This document shows positions 10,137 to 22,142 of a DNA stretch of 64,000 bases, piece after piece. The notes under the pieces were generated by a model, which searched no databases, had not been told where the DNA came from, and saw nothing but the letters and a program-made list of their open reading frames with translations. The number at the start of each line of letters is the position of its first letter. The stretch's first letter is position 1. The position numbers were made by a program, and so were the translations under genes. This DNA comes from Alloascoidea hylecoeti (taxonomy: Eukaryota). The DNA is taken from NCBI GenBank assembly GCA_001600815.1, contig BCKZ01000018.1:277974-341973 (forward strand). Reading direction: 5' to 3'.

Positions 10137-13046
10137 ATGGTAGATTCGGAGGAAAAAAATGAAACACACATATCGCACCAAACAGTTACGGCTGCGCGGA
10201 AAGTCTCCCGCTCCATGAGACTATTTAGAGGAGATGATGAACCTTCTGTTAACAATGATGGTCAGCAGCTCCATCTCCATCGCAGCCACAAAAAGAAACA
10301 CTCACATTATGTCACTAAAGAAAACCAGACTTATAAAGATAGGGCTTTAGTATCTCACGAAACTACTGATGGTCAAGTTGGAAATCCTAATCAAAACAAA
10401 CCTTCTGTATTGTCAAAATATAGTGATTCTATCACAACTCCTATTTTCCCACACAATAGGTATCCTGTTACACAAACTGACCGTGGCCTGGAATTTATGG
10501 GTAATTCTCCCAGAAGATTATCACAAGATGCTACGGGCGATCCCACTTCTTCATATGGTCCCAGTCCAACTTATCCCAAATCTAAAATTTTCAAGTCGTT
10601 ATCTCTTTCTTCTTCAGCCACTAAATCCAGTGGTTCGGCTGCCAAGGAACGATTTGAACATCCTCAAAGATCTTCTACTTTTTCAGTTCAAAGATCCAAT
10701 AATAAGAAACGGTCTCATCGTGGACATGGAACGACTTCCGCCACTTATATTCCCCATACTCCGGGTGTTCATACCCCTCAAAGGGAGCATTTGACCACAG
10801 CAGCTGAGTATTCAGAAGATGATAGCGTGAGCCAAATATCTGATTCCTTTTCTAGTAGTTTAGCTATAGGATTAAATAATTCAAAAGATAATTTCACTGC
10901 CCCAGTAGCGCTTTCAAATCAGCCCGGTTTATATCGCGATATACCGGTTCAATCGGAGTCCTGTATTTCTAAAGAAAACATAGAGGGTCATGATAAATCG
11001 CCTGGAAGTGGCACCGGAAATGAGAAGGAGAAACAGAATCATGATAATAATTACAATCAAATAGAGGAAACAGAACAAATATACCCCTTGGCCGTTGAAT
11101 TGACTCCTTTCAAACACAAAGTAGGAGGTCATACTGCAATTTTCAGATTTTCCCATAAAGCTGTCTGCAAAGAATTAATCAACCGTGAAAATGCCTGGTA
11201 TGAAGCAATTGAACAATACCATCCTAGCCTATTGAAGTTTATGCCGAAATATATTGGGGTTCTCAACGTGCGCTACTCTAATATTACTGAAGAGCAATTA
11301 GAAAATGCTCGAGGCATTCCCCCATCCTCTTATCCCCAAGTATTGGACAAAAATATTGAAGAGGACACATTTCCAGAGGTCGTCCTTGATGACAACAGAC
11401 ATATCATCCCCGATTCTCTACTCGATATATATCCTAATAACAATCATAATGAATTCAACAGTGTTGGATTGGAGAAATCATATTCCTCTGGTATGGAATC
11501 TATTTCTGGGAATCTGATTATAGATACACTATCCAATTCATCTGGGCCTAAAAATGAGAGATCAAAGAAGCAAACTTGGGGTTTTACCAAAGTCAATCTC
11601 CAGTTACAGAAACAAGTTTTGCAAGAAGTGTTTGCACCTACTAAAATCAGTAGTCTTTTACACCATAAAAAGAATGCATACCACAGACATGGTCATTCAC
11701 ACTCTCTCGTACATAGAGTACCATCAGCAAGCTCTCTGCCATCAATTGATGACACTCCTAATAATTACAGCAGTTGCGATACGTGTTTGACGCCAAACGA
11801 TAATACATTTCAAAATAGATGCAACGGACATCTTTCCGAAAGACATCACCAAAGCATGACCGATCTAGTACGCTTCCGAACAGAACCTTCTGATACTGAT
11901 GGTGACATTGATACAAACTCATTTGTAGGAACACTAGATACTACAAACTCGCGTAGAAATATTGGTCCGATTTCAACTAATACAGGAAAAGATAGTTCTA
12001 ATGGTGTTCTTTTTGACTTGGAAATAAGTAAAAGCTCTCCAGATAGTAATCATAGTCTGGCTATTTCATCACCAAATTCATCGCCGGATCGAAATCCTAT
12101 CAACAACAATAATGATGATCAATCGTCATTAGAATTAAGTGGCAATATATCAACTGATTCTCCCATGTTTACACCTCAAAATCCAAGAATTGAAGAATTT
12201 ATTCTGTTAGAAGACCTTACAAGTGGTAAGAGAAAGCCATGCGTTTTGGATCTTAAGATGGGAACTAGACAGTATGGAATTGAAGCAATACCTCAAAAAA
12301 GAATATCACAAATGAAAAAATGCAAAAGTACCACTAGTTGGTCTCTTGGTGTAAGAATGTGTGGGATGCAAGTTTGGGATATCGAACAAAATAAATATAT
12401 TTCTAAAGACAAATATTTTGGTCGAAAGCTAAAGTCTGGCATCCAATTTGAGTATTGTCTTACAAGATTTTTGTACGATGGAAGAAGCGCATTTTCAGTT
12501 ATAAGATTTATCCCAAAGTTAATACGAAGACTATCAGAGTTAGAAAAAGTGTTTTCTGAGCTTAATGGATATAGAATGTATGGTTCTAGCCTTTTGCTGA
12601 TGTATGACGGCCATCCTGACGTTGAATCGAATTCCACACTTTCTCCAGAGAGAAGGGAGTTTCTTCAAACAGATGGTATCTCAGCTCGTATTCTCGATTT
12701 TGCACAATGTCTTATCAAGAATGATAAATCGATTAAAAACTCCAGATTTCCACCTCAACATTTTAATACCCCAGATATGGGATTTATCAGGGGAATTAAA
12801 TCCTTAAAGATTTATCTTTCTAGAATCTTCAAAAGAATCACGGGTGTTGATTATGATCCTGATATTGTATTTAAAATCATCTCTAATCCAAATGAGTTTC
12901 AACATCCCAACTTCAAACCTCTTAATAGACCTCTCGATTATCTTCCCGATTATGATACTGAATCAGATGATGATGTTTTGAATGCTATTTATCCTGAGGC
13001 TAGCAATGATATGGATGCTCCACATGATACCGATCTTTCTGACTAA
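10137..13046 (+). CDS. KCS1: Inositol hexakisphosphate kinase
   Basis: [40 protein letters not shown] and ILDFA motifs of the IPK family. Confidence 0.95.
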   Translation: MVDSEEKNETHISHQTVTAARKVSRSMRLFRGDDEPSVNNDGQQLHLHRSHKKKHSHYVTKENQTYKDRALVSHETTDGQVGNPNQNKPSVLSKYSDSITTPIFPHNRYPVTQTDRGLEFMGNSPRRLSQDATGDPTSSYGPSPTYPKSKIFKSLSLSSSATKSSGSAAKERFEHPQRSSTFSVQRSNNKKRSHRGHGTTSATYIPHTPGVHTPQREHLTTAAEYSEDDSVSQISDSFSSSLAIGLNNSKDNFTAPVALSNQPGLYRDIPVQSESCISKENIEGHDKSPGSGTGNEKEKQNHDNNYNQIEETEQIYPLAVELTPFKHKVGGHTAIFRFSHKAVCKELINRENAWYEAIEQYHPSLLKFMPKYIGVLNVRYSNITEEQLENARGIPPSSYPQVLDKNIEEDTFPEVVLDDNRHIIPDSLLDIYPNNNHNEFNSVGLEKSYSSGMESISGNLIIDTLSNSSGPKNERSKKQTWGFTKVNLQLQKQVLQEVFAPTKISSLLHHKKNAYHRHGHSHSLVHRVPSASSLPSIDDTPNNYSSCDTCLTPNDNTFQNRCNGHLSERHHQSMTDLVRFRTEPSDTDGDIDTNSFVGTLDTTNSRRNIGPISTNTGKDSSNGVLFDLEISKSSPDSNHSLAISSPNSSPDRNPINNNNDDQSSLELSGNISTDSPMFTPQNPRIEEFILLEDLTSGKRKPCVLDLKMGTRQYGIEAIPQKRISQMKKCKSTTSWSLGVRMCGMQVWDIEQNKYISKDKYFGRKLKSGIQFEYCLTRFLYDGRSAFSVIRFIPKLIRRLSELEKVFSELNGYRMYGSSLLLMYDGHPDVESNSTLSPERREFLQTDGISARILDFAQCLIKNDKSIKNSRFPPQHFNTPDMGFIRGIKSLKIYLSRIFKRITGVDYDPDIVFKIISNPNEFQHPNFKPLNRPLDYLPDYDTESDDDVLNAIYPEASNDMDAPHDTDLSD

Positions 13047-13398
13047 TCTATGATGTGCACATGTGTGTATTTGTACTCATGTAATGACGCGAAATTGTTA
13101 TATTGCAGGCTGTATGACTATTATATATTTTGCTATAGAATATTCTTTTTCTCATTTCCTTTTTGCATTAAGATTTTTATTCTTCTAATTTGCATGTATT
13201 TACATTATGATAGTAAAGTTATATAACATATTTTAACTATATATAGTGATGGCATTAAAAATATGATGTAGGTACATAATTATAATAAATTTATATAGTA
13301 ATAATAATAATTTGAAATTTAAACATTAATCTTGAAGTCACTATTTACAGAGGTGAACAAAAATGTAGTGGAGTAGTAGTGGTTGAAGTTTGTTTTCT

Positions 13399-15006
13399 TC
13401 AAACTTTCCTTTCTAAAATTGTAACTACTTCAATATGTTTTGTATGAGGAAAGAAGTCAAATCCTTGTATATTCTTTATTTCATAGAGATTTCCATTATT
13501 GGTATTTCCAAGAAAATAGTTAAGATCACGAGTTTGAGAAACGACATTACAAGAAACATATATTATCATAGCAGGTTTGAAATCAGATAATTGTTGTAAA
13601 AAGATTTCTGATGAACCTCTTCTTGGAGGATCTAAAATAACTATAGTTGAGTTTGGATTAACTTGATAATCATTTGTTCCTAAATTATCAATGGTAATAG
13701 ATTCATCATCTACTACTCTTAATGACTTGAATATTTCTTCTGATGAACCTGTGAAAAATCGAACGTTTTTTAAACGATTCATTCGTGCTGAGAATTCTGC
13801 TGCTTGGACAGATAATTCAGCTATTTCAATACCATATGATTTTTGAAACAAATGAGATAAACCTATGGCGAAAAGGCCTGGTCCACAATATGTATCAACC
13901 AAAAAATTTAACTTCACATTTGACTTTTCTATGCTTTCAGAGAGGAAATTAAGTAGAGGAGAGATAATTGAGTTATTTGTTTGAAAGAAATCACCAGCGG
14001 CATATGCATACTTAAGTTTTCCTACTTTTTCTAAAACAGGAGAAATTCCATCTGTTACAAAAGATTTCCCACCATTTCTTGTAAGTGTTTCCCTTATTAG
14101 AAATGTAGCGGCAGGTTTTTTTCTATGATCTTCATTATCGGTTCTCACCATCTCTCGAATTTTAGCATAACCTTTGTTAACTTCTTTAGTCGCAATTTCA
14201 CAAAAGTCCACATCAACCACCTCTTCTTCTCTCGAAAGCCTCTGTGAATTAACATTAAGAAATCCTACTGGTGCGTAGATATCTGGACGTCTTCCTCTTT
14301 GAATATTTCTATGGGGTGTTATTTTAGTTCTGTATTCGTATTGTAAAGGTGATGGGAATACATCAGATATTGGAAATTTTCTATCATCACCAGGAAATGC
14401 ATTTTGATATGCTCTATGGATAACTTCTTTCTTAAAAATCATTTGATCCTCATATCTCATCATTTGAAATTGACAGCCATTACAACTTCCAAAATGTTTA
14501 CATCTCACCAAACTATCATCACGCAATTTTGATGGCTCAAGAACCTCTAGAAGCTCTGCTTCAATATGAAATTGTTCAACCCAGTGTAGTCTGATTCGAA
14601 CTTTATCTCCCTTTAAAGCAAGTGGGACGCTTACAGCTAGTTGGAGACCCGAATAGTTGGCAATAGCCAAACCTTCACCTGTCGAAGCCTGTTCGGTAAT
14701 TTCTGCAATGACCTCTGGTCTAGTATTTGGTATATCTTTGATCTTAAAATCTACCTCTTCTGGTGTTGCGATGGAAAGGTTATTCTTCAAAAGGAATCGG
14801 CGTGCTTCATTTTTCAATACTATTGGAGGTGATGAGATGTCTTCTGTAGTAAATCTTTTCGATGGTCTAGGGGTTTTTGGAATTCTATACGGCCCTTCTG
14901 GCGCAGAAAAACCTGGATCCCTTCTTAGCAATGGCTGGATAGTATGAAAATGGCGTAGTGTTGTGCGTTGATTTAAGAGTAATGAATGTGCCCTAAAACG
15001 GTTCAT
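13399..15006 (-). CDS. TRM2: tRNA (uracil-5-)-methyltransferase
   Basis: CxHFGxCxGC, YRTKITPH, FFQTN, VDTYCGPGLF, ILDPPRRG, YVSCN, FDFFPHTKHIE; basic N-terminus resembling a mitochondrial presequence. Confidence 0.95.
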   Translation of the reverse strand: MNRFRAHSLLLNQRTTLRHFHTIQPLLRRDPGFSAPEGPYRIPKTPRPSKRFTTEDISSPPIVLKNEARRFLLKNNLSIATPEEVDFKIKDIPNTRPEVIAEITEQASTGEGLAIANYSGLQLAVSVPLALKGDKVRIRLHWVEQFHIEAELLEVLEPSKLRDDSLVRCKHFGSCNGCQFQMMRYEDQMIFKKEVIHRAYQNAFPGDDRKFPISDVFPSPLQYEYRTKITPHRNIQRGRRPDIYAPVGFLNVNSQRLSREEEVVDVDFCEIATKEVNKGYAKIREMVRTDNEDHRKKPAATFLIRETLTRNGGKSFVTDGISPVLEKVGKLKYAYAAGDFFQTNNSIISPLLNFLSESIEKSNVKLNFLVDTYCGPGLFAIGLSHLFQKSYGIEIAELSVQAAEFSARMNRLKNVRFFTGSSEEIFKSLRVVDDESITIDNLGTNDYQVNPNSTIVILDPPRRGSSEIFLQQLSDFKPAMIIYVSCNVVSQTRDLNYFLGNTNNGNLYEIKNIQGFDFFPHTKHIEVVTILERKV

Positions 15007-15595
15007 GATCGAGGCAGTAAAGTAGCTTTATGTAGTGGTTGATATGCTTAGAAATATATTAACAAGGGTGAAAAAATTATGGATGAAAATTAAAACAAGT
15101 CACAACTAATACTCAATATAAAATATGTACCCAGATTTCTTTTGGATTTTCCCAGGTTAATTTTTTTCCGATGTTCACTTTAGTTTGGTCCTTTTGTTTT
15201 CATTTTCATTTTCATTTTCAATTTTATTTGAAAGAGTAAAATTTTATTACCAATATATAATTCGTAAGATGCGATTGGATGAACTGGCAGCCTCAAGCTT
15301 AACCTTTTTGTCTCTAAAAATTATCCAAGTAAAAATAGTCAATTGGATAGCACCAACTTATATAACACATACTTATCTATGTTAAGGTCCAAAGTCTTGA
15401 GATCTCAACTGTAAGCTATAAAATACACAGTATAGCTAGCTCTAGATCTATGGTTATGGTATGCAGAAATCTGATGCGAAAGTAATAGAGGAGGCTATAC
15501 CCAATATTAATAAGTATACATAAACAGAAAAAGATACATTTTATCTCTTCCTGTTTCATAACACAGAAGCCGAATTGAAGAAAAATAGCATCTGT

Positions 15596-16849
15596 TCACA
15601 TTATAACACATTGAGGTTTATCACCTTCTTTGATATACGATGAGTAACGATACACTTTGATCTTGCTTCCCTTAGAAGAACCCCGTTGATGAAACCATTT
15701 CGAAGTTTTCCTGAACACTTTACCTTTTCGATGTCTTCTTTTCACATGTATAGAATCACGATCAGAGCTTTCATCGTCATTAGAATTTAGCTCATCATCC
15801 TTACTATATTCTCCTGACTCCTCCCTATAATTAATGTTCTCTTCATCTATTATTCCATCAGGTAAAGTAAGTGAACTGGCTGCTATATTTGGATTTATTA
15901 AATAATTTTCAGGATCAGATCCACTCTTATGAGCTAATCCTAGCATAATTGTTTTATGGAAGAGCCGTTGTATTCCTTTCATTTCTTTTGCAGAACAACC
16001 AATATAATATCTAGCTCCAACTTTTTGGTATAACTGTTTTATCTCCTTTTTCGTAATTATTGGGAATTCCTTATCAACTTTATCTCTCTTTAAGCCTACC
16101 AACACTAACGGGACTCGAGGACACCTTGCTGCCACTTCTGGTATCCATTTATCAAAAAGATTATAAAAAGATTGCCTATCATCTAGTGCAAAACACATCA
16201 GAACAGCACTAGCATTCACATACCCAAAGGGGCGAAGTCTGTCATATTCTTCTTTTCCCCCTATGTCCCATACATTTAGCTTAACCAATTCATTTTCGGA
16301 TGAGTGAACCTCCTTGCAATAAGAATCTATAATCGTTTCCTTGAATGGTAAAGAAAAGTCAAAGGTGTGTTGAATATATGAACTTATCAATGCTGTTTTT
16401 CCGCACTTACTATCTCCAACTGTCACAATATCCAAGTCCATTGGTTCTGTGTTTGAATCTATTGTTTGGAAACATGGTTCTGATTTTTTTGTTCGAATAT
16501 GACGAGTTCTGGGGAAGTTTGTTGATCTTGCTTTTCTCAATTTCCTGTTATTCAGCGGTATTAAATTGGGACGAGGGACTTGCTCGAGGAGCTTCTCTGG
16601 ACTCCTATTCGATTCTCTTGATGCGGCTCTCTTTCCAAAGCTTCTACTATTCCTCGAACTACTTTGTTTTAGAGATTTATGCTCCTCATTTTTTGTAGGG
16701 ACGTTGAGTTCAATATTTCGAAGTACCGTGGAATGTCTGAGATTAGCTTGTGAACGTATCGCACGAATCCCCAGACCACGTATCCGCTGGTCTCTAATAT
16801 TACTTGTGAAGTCTGAAAAGGACCGTCTATTTGATGGTTGCTGGTTCAT
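15596..16849 (-). CDS. RHO4: Rho4-type GTPase with long N- and C-terminal extensions and atypical catalytic residues
   Basis: GDSKCGKT P-loop, EEYDRLRP, VGLKRD, CSAK, CAAX CVIM; N-terminal extension and position next to TRM2. Confidence 0.8.
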   Translation of the reverse strand: MNQQPSNRRSFSDFTSNIRDQRIRGLGIRAIRSQANLRHSTVLRNIELNVPTKNEEHKSLKQSSSRNSRSFGKRAASRESNRSPEKLLEQVPRPNLIPLNNRKLRKARSTNFPRTRHIRTKKSEPCFQTIDSNTEPMDLDIVTVGDSKCGKTALISSYIQHTFDFSLPFKETIIDSYCKEVHSSENELVKLNVWDIGGKEEYDRLRPFGYVNASAVLMCFALDDRQSFYNLFDKWIPEVAARCPRVPLVLVGLKRDKVDKEFPIITKKEIKQLYQKVGARYYIGCSAKEMKGIQRLFHKTIMLGLAHKSGSDPENYLINPNIAASSLTLPDGIIDEENINYREESGEYSKDDELNSNDDESSDRDSIHVKRRHRKGKVFRKTSKWFHQRGSSKGSKIKVYRYSSYIKEGDKPQCVIM

Positions 16850-17354
16850 ATTATATATTTATCTAGTGCTGTTCTGTTCCAGATGGTAAAATCTGAGATG
16901 ATACGGCGGATATTCTACCAGTGAGTTAGATATGATAGTGAAGTAAGTTGATTGATTATAAGGTTTTTACAGTGACAAAGAAAAAGAAAACTTTATAATT
17001 GTTAATTAAGTTAAAGAACACATTGATATCATAAAAAAAGACCGCGACAAAACTACCAGGATAAGAAGGTAGAATGCCATGAAGCAGAGTTAGGCGAAAA
17101 ACACGGAAACCACGGCGACCCCGACTTTCCCCATCCGCAACACCAACACTTCCATACACAAATATATCACTTTTAGTCTTTTACTAATACTTACACATTT
17201 CATAATTATAATTGAGCGTGTCTATTTATTTCCCATATAATAACATAGCATCTATCCAGAGCACAAAAGTAAACAGTCTAAACGCCTTAAAGCAAACATT
17301 GTAGCCATAACAAATAAAAAAAAAAGCAATAGGATTAATAAATATGCATATAAA

Positions 17355-18587
17355 TTACCCCAGGTAAGAATGAAGATGTTCTACGGGTGCTTTTCGGGAC
17401 AGTCCAACACGGTATCTCCGCTTGGTTGCAATTGGTTTGGCCTTTGAAATTTTCGTTGATTCATTGCTAGATTTAATTATCTCTGGATCCATATCCAAAT
17501 CTTTAATTTCTTTCTCTTTAAAATCATTATCTGTATACAGAGTCTTCATAACACTTTTGATGCTGTCCGTTGTTACATCCGGTAACGGTGATCGAGGGTC
17601 GATGGATTTTTTAGGCTTTAACGGATCTACCGATTTTGAGTGAAGATCCTTCTGATAATCTGCTTCAGATTGGAGATCATTCGAGCGAAGATGAGTAGAC
17701 AGTAGATTTAATGTTGCCTCAAGAACTTGTAAATCGGAATTGGAAGAAGTTGTTTCTACACTTTGAGACCTTGTGCTTGAAATACTTCGTTCTAGATCTG
17801 ATGATTCTGAGCTTTTATTTGATGAATCTTGGTAGGATGAGACTTTGACACCCAGTAGTTGATTTTTTGTGGGGTATTGCAAGGGAACGTCTTCAGTGGT
17901 TGTTTTAGAAGATCTTTCAGCTTTACGTGTTTTACGTGTTGGTTCCATCGTAGTTTTCGGCCGTTTAATACTTCTTCGTAATTCCTTCACATTTTTCACC
18001 TTCCTCTTCGGTGATTCTCCCATCTTTTGATCCAATTTATGCACATTTAATTGGACTTGATGCACCACCATTTTCTCCTGTTCTTGATCCAACTCAGGAA
18101 GGTCCTCTAAAATATCCTTTGAAGTATTGTAAGTTTTATCTGGCGTTTGTGTTATCGTATCATTTTTATCTTCTTTTCTGGAGTTATTTTCATGCTCAAT
18201 TCTCGCCAAATCAACATAATCTTGACCTATTTCCTGATTAGAATCACTCATAGTTTCAACTTCTTCATCTGAGTCGCCGATAACTAACGGTATTTTGGTC
18301 GTTTGCAGTTGTGGTGTAGTATTGTGATGCTTCACGACATCAGGGGTGTTGCTCTTCGTAGGAATCACAACAATATCAATCTCATCGTTATCATCTCCTT
18401 CAATCTCTTCCTTCTCACACAGAAACACTGTTTTTGCTTTCCTTTTATCAGATCGAAACTGACTTTCATGTTTATGATTAGTTGAATTCGGAGCTGTCAC
18501 CCCACGCTGTATATTTCGGTTTCCTGTAAGAGTTTCCACGAGAGATAAATATAGATCACCATTTGTCACCCCATCGTTTATGCTCAT
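17355..18587 (-). CDS. Uncharacterised, largely disordered protein with C-terminal RVGLSRK..LH motif
   Basis: 410-aa ORF rich in S/T/K/E/D; ends KRRYRVGLSRKAPVEHLHSYLG. Confidence 0.75.
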   Translation of the reverse strand: MSINDGVTNGDLYLSLVETLTGNRNIQRGVTAPNSTNHKHESQFRSDKRKAKTVFLCEKEEIEGDDNDEIDIVVIPTKSNTPDVVKHHNTTPQLQTTKIPLVIGDSDEEVETMSDSNQEIGQDYVDLARIEHENNSRKEDKNDTITQTPDKTYNTSKDILEDLPELDQEQEKMVVHQVQLNVHKLDQKMGESPKRKVKNVKELRRSIKRPKTTMEPTRKTRKAERSSKTTTEDVPLQYPTKNQLLGVKVSSYQDSSNKSSESSDLERSISSTRSQSVETTSSNSDLQVLEATLNLLSTHLRSNDLQSEADYQKDLHSKSVDPLKPKKSIDPRSPLPDVTTDSIKSVMKTLYTDNDFKEKEIKDLDMDPEIIKSSNESTKISKAKPIATKRRYRVGLSRKAPVEHLHSYLG

Positions 18588-19013
18588 TTTACTTCTTTGG
18601 AATTTGGAGATTTAAATTATAAAACCACAGAATATTAAGATTAATTATAGAAATATCATATCTCAGTTACGTTAAAACATAACCTGGCAGGGTAATACAA
18701 AAATCAAAAAAAAAAAAAAAAACTGAATTATATTATATTGGATATTTGTTTTAATAACTACTTAAATATAGCTCCAATAAACAAGTCTTTATTCGCATTA
18801 TACATAGTACTATTAAATATGTTTACATATACCGCTAAGCTATACCATATTCTTGTTTAAATTTGGTTATATCATCTAAAATTTTAAGGTTATTTATTTA
18901 ATACATTCAATGAAATTCTAATATCATGCAAACCCACTAACCACTATAGCCACACATATTAAAGCTGAAATTGCATAATTCATTTTCAAGGTATAATATA
19001 CAACTGATATAAA

Positions 19014-21758
19014 TTATGAATGAGTTTGTTCAAGCTCAAGTTTTCTCAAAACATTATTAACTTGATCTTTAACTCCAATATCCCCTCCTTCAATAATTTC
19101 TCTAAAAGCTCTTAATCCCAAAAGAACTTTAGCATAATCAGATTCTTTAAAAATAACTTCATCTTTATAACCTATTGGATCAGAAATCAGTAACGTTCCT
19201 ACTAACAAGCACAAATACCCACTAGCATGAAGCCTTCCATCATCTATATTTTGACTGGGATCATTTGAACTTTGAGATAGCGAAGTTCTCTTTATTAGCA
19301 TTGCAGAGCTTACTGAACGTAAGAGTTTTTTTAATGATTTTTCATTTTCATCCTCTAAAAATTTCTCTTGACATGATTCATATTCCGCCAGATTAGTTAA
19401 ATATCCTAAAGTGAAAAGACTTAAGTTCCATAATCGTTTATTATGATAATTTGCTTTTTCTATCTTTTGTAAAATATTGGCCTTTTCAATAAGTTGTAGT
19501 AATAGTGGTATGAAGTCAAGGTCATATAGATTTTTATATATTTCGGTATTTTTTCCCTGTCGTAAAATAGATATATAAGTAGTCAATAAAATATTGATTT
19601 TAATAAATGTAGTAAAGCATCCAATTACAGAGGATATATATTTATCCTCAGTGTCTTCAATATTTGCCTTCAACAGGAAATGAATTAGAGAGAAAATTTT
19701 AAACAGAGATTTCATTATATTTTCTCTATTGAAGACGTTTAAAATTTTGGATGAACTAAATGAAATAGATTTTTCAATAAACACCAAAGCCATATGAAGT
19801 GATTGCCATAATGTATCATTGAAATTCTCTTTATTCGGTATTTCGGAGTCAAAATCAAAATCAAAATTGAGAACCATTGATTCAACAGACAGAATAATTG
19901 GATGAAGTACCTCTTGTGATTCAAAAGAAAAAGCATAGTTAGTAACAGATTTTGCCTCTTCCAAGTTCTGAAGAGATAAAAGCACGGTTAAAGCAAAGAA
20001 ACTTTTTGAAAACATAGACTTTGAATTTTCCTTTTTGCTAAATAAATTCTTCATTTTCTTTAAAAGCTCATCCAACATAGTTTGTGAGTTCTTAGAGGGT
20101 GATGGTTTAGAACTGAGAATCGAGATTTGAATGTCCTCGATATCAGTAACAGATGAAAGAACAATTTCCATTGCAGTTTTACTCTTCAGTATAGACTCCG
20201 CAAAGAAATTACAACTATCCTCTAAGATCCTAATTGATATGAACAGAAATAAAAATACACAAAGCGGATCCATCTCTTTGGCAATTTTGCCGAATAAACT
20301 TTCAGGAAGCCCTTGCACCCGAAGAAACTCTAGAAAATTGGGATCTAATACTTGTGTTGCTAATTCAATCATGCTTGATCTTTTTTGAGATAGTGTTTCA
20401 TTTATTCCATCCAAAATATATTGCAATTCATCTGAATACCGAGTGTTTTTTCCAGATTCTTTAAGAGAAAGAATACTTTGTAGTGTGAGAGGGTTCCTTT
20501 TGGGAAGTTCATCATGGTTAAAGGATATTTCTCCTTCATCTGAGTCATCAGTTTCTTCTTTATCTGTATTCAAATCCTTCTGGAGAGTTAGTTCATTTAT
20601 GAAACTTCTTTGGTAACCATATGTTTTCCGTTGAACAGATGTTCTTGTGTTAGATTGAACCTTAACAACTGACTCATCAGAGCTATCCAAATTATCTTTC
20701 TTATCTGAGATATGTGTGTCAAGCTCACTATTCGAATAAGAATTGGTTGCTCGTATTATTTCAGGAGTGGTAGGAATTATTGGTACATTCAAATCAACCT
20801 CATCGAAAGATAAATCCTCGCTCGTTGAGTTTGTTAAAGATTCAATTAGTTTTTTCTTTTTCAAAGGCTTTGTGCTTACATCTTCCATAGCCGAGTTAAG
20901 CAAATCCCATGCAGAGCTAGACTTTGGTGTTTTAGATGATGCAAATTTCGTTGATGAATTTCTCTTGATTGGTGTTTCTATTCCATCTGAGACCGTTAAA
21001 TCTAGACTTTCCAAGTGAGCTTTAAGTATGGTGTCGGTTCTAGGATGTGTCTTAGATTGAGAAAGAGATTTGGAAATGGGAGTTTTTAGGTGATTTTTAA
21101 TAGTTGAGTTTAATATTGAAGGTGAGGATCGAGGAGTAGGTCCTGACTTTGACCTTTGAGGTGTTTTATAATTATTCTTAATGCTTGTTTGTTTCTTTGG
21201 TGAAGATTTTGAAATCAAAATACGTTTCTGCTGCACTGCATCTTTCGGTGGAATAATGGGATTCGTCTTTTTGTTGGGGGTAATTGAAGCATTATTGACT
21301 TTTAACTTTGTTGATTTCTTTGGGGTGCTTCCTATTTCTATATCTGCGGTATCACGTAGCAGTTTCTTCCTTTTAGATTTTTCATGATCCGTTCTGGGTG
21401 AAGTTCTCTTATAATTTGATTTAAAACTATCAGGGCTTGTTGATATCCTCCTTGATTTGAAAGAAATACTTCTAATTGTTTTATTAAATTTTGGGGGGGT
21501 TTCTGCTGGATCATCTTCAAACTCGAAAATATCAACAAAGTCATCCTTTTGAGTATCCATTTCACTGTCTTCTTTATCAGATAAATTTTCCGTTAAGGCA
21601 GGTGTCGGTGGGTTGAGTAGATTTTCATCTGAATCAAATGGTTTTAGTGATGAAGCATCATTATTGAATCTTAGGGATTCGGGATGAGATCTTGGGCGCA
21701 TATGAGAGTTTTTGCGCCGTCCGTATTTAACTTTCGGACGCTCATGTGAATTAATCAT
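19014..21758 (-). CDS. RAD61: Cohesin release factor Wapl (Rad61/Wpl1)
   Basis: Disordered basic N-half, TYGYQRSF motif, LQSILSLKESGKNTRYSDELQYILDGI at the start of the helical WAPL domain. Confidence 0.88.
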   Translation of the reverse strand: MINSHERPKVKYGRRKNSHMRPRSHPESLRFNNDASSLKPFDSDENLLNPPTPALTENLSDKEDSEMDTQKDDFVDIFEFEDDPAETPPKFNKTIRSISFKSRRISTSPDSFKSNYKRTSPRTDHEKSKRKKLLRDTADIEIGSTPKKSTKLKVNNASITPNKKTNPIIPPKDAVQQKRILISKSSPKKQTSIKNNYKTPQRSKSGPTPRSSPSILNSTIKNHLKTPISKSLSQSKTHPRTDTILKAHLESLDLTVSDGIETPIKRNSSTKFASSKTPKSSSAWDLLNSAMEDVSTKPLKKKKLIESLTNSTSEDLSFDEVDLNVPIIPTTPEIIRATNSYSNSELDTHISDKKDNLDSSDESVVKVQSNTRTSVQRKTYGYQRSFINELTLQKDLNTDKEETDDSDEGEISFNHDELPKRNPLTLQSILSLKESGKNTRYSDELQYILDGINETLSQKRSSMIELATQVLDPNFLEFLRVQGLPESLFGKIAKEMDPLCVFLFLFISIRILEDSCNFFAESILKSKTAMEIVLSSVTDIEDIQISILSSKPSPSKNSQTMLDELLKKMKNLFSKKENSKSMFSKSFFALTVLLSLQNLEEAKSVTNYAFSFESQEVLHPIILSVESMVLNFDFDFDSEIPNKENFNDTLWQSLHMALVFIEKSISFSSSKILNVFNRENIMKSLFKIFSLIHFLLKANIEDTEDKYISSVIGCFTTFIKINILLTTYISILRQGKNTEIYKNLYDLDFIPLLLQLIEKANILQKIEKANYHNKRLWNLSLFTLGYLTNLAEYESCQEKFLEDENEKSLKKLLRSVSSAMLIKRTSLSQSSNDPSQNIDDGRLHASGYLCLLVGTLLISDPIGYKDEVIFKESDYAKVLLGLRAFREIIEGGDIGVKDQVNNVLRKLELEQTHS

Positions 21759-22142
21759 TTAGAGGACTATCACCAAGTACTATATCTGCACATAAAATGA
21801 TGGTTCGAAGAGAAAGTGAAGTTTTAAGATAAAAAATAGAATGTTATAATGCATTGTAGTATCAGGGTAACCTTAAGCTCCATCCATCAAAATTGATACC
21901 AAATTAAAAGCCTACAATATAACTACAAGAAGGAGTTATATGAACGAATAGTTACTGTAGATATGTATTTGAATACCGACTTTCTGTCATTTTCATGGAA
22001 GGTGGAATAAATATTGTAAAAAGAGATATTTGATGATTATAACACAAAATAAGAATAAGCGTATGGATGTTTTCAACACTTAATTATCAAGATACCTATT
22101 TGATCTGAAGTTGTTATCACTCAACTCCTTTTATAGCTCTAA

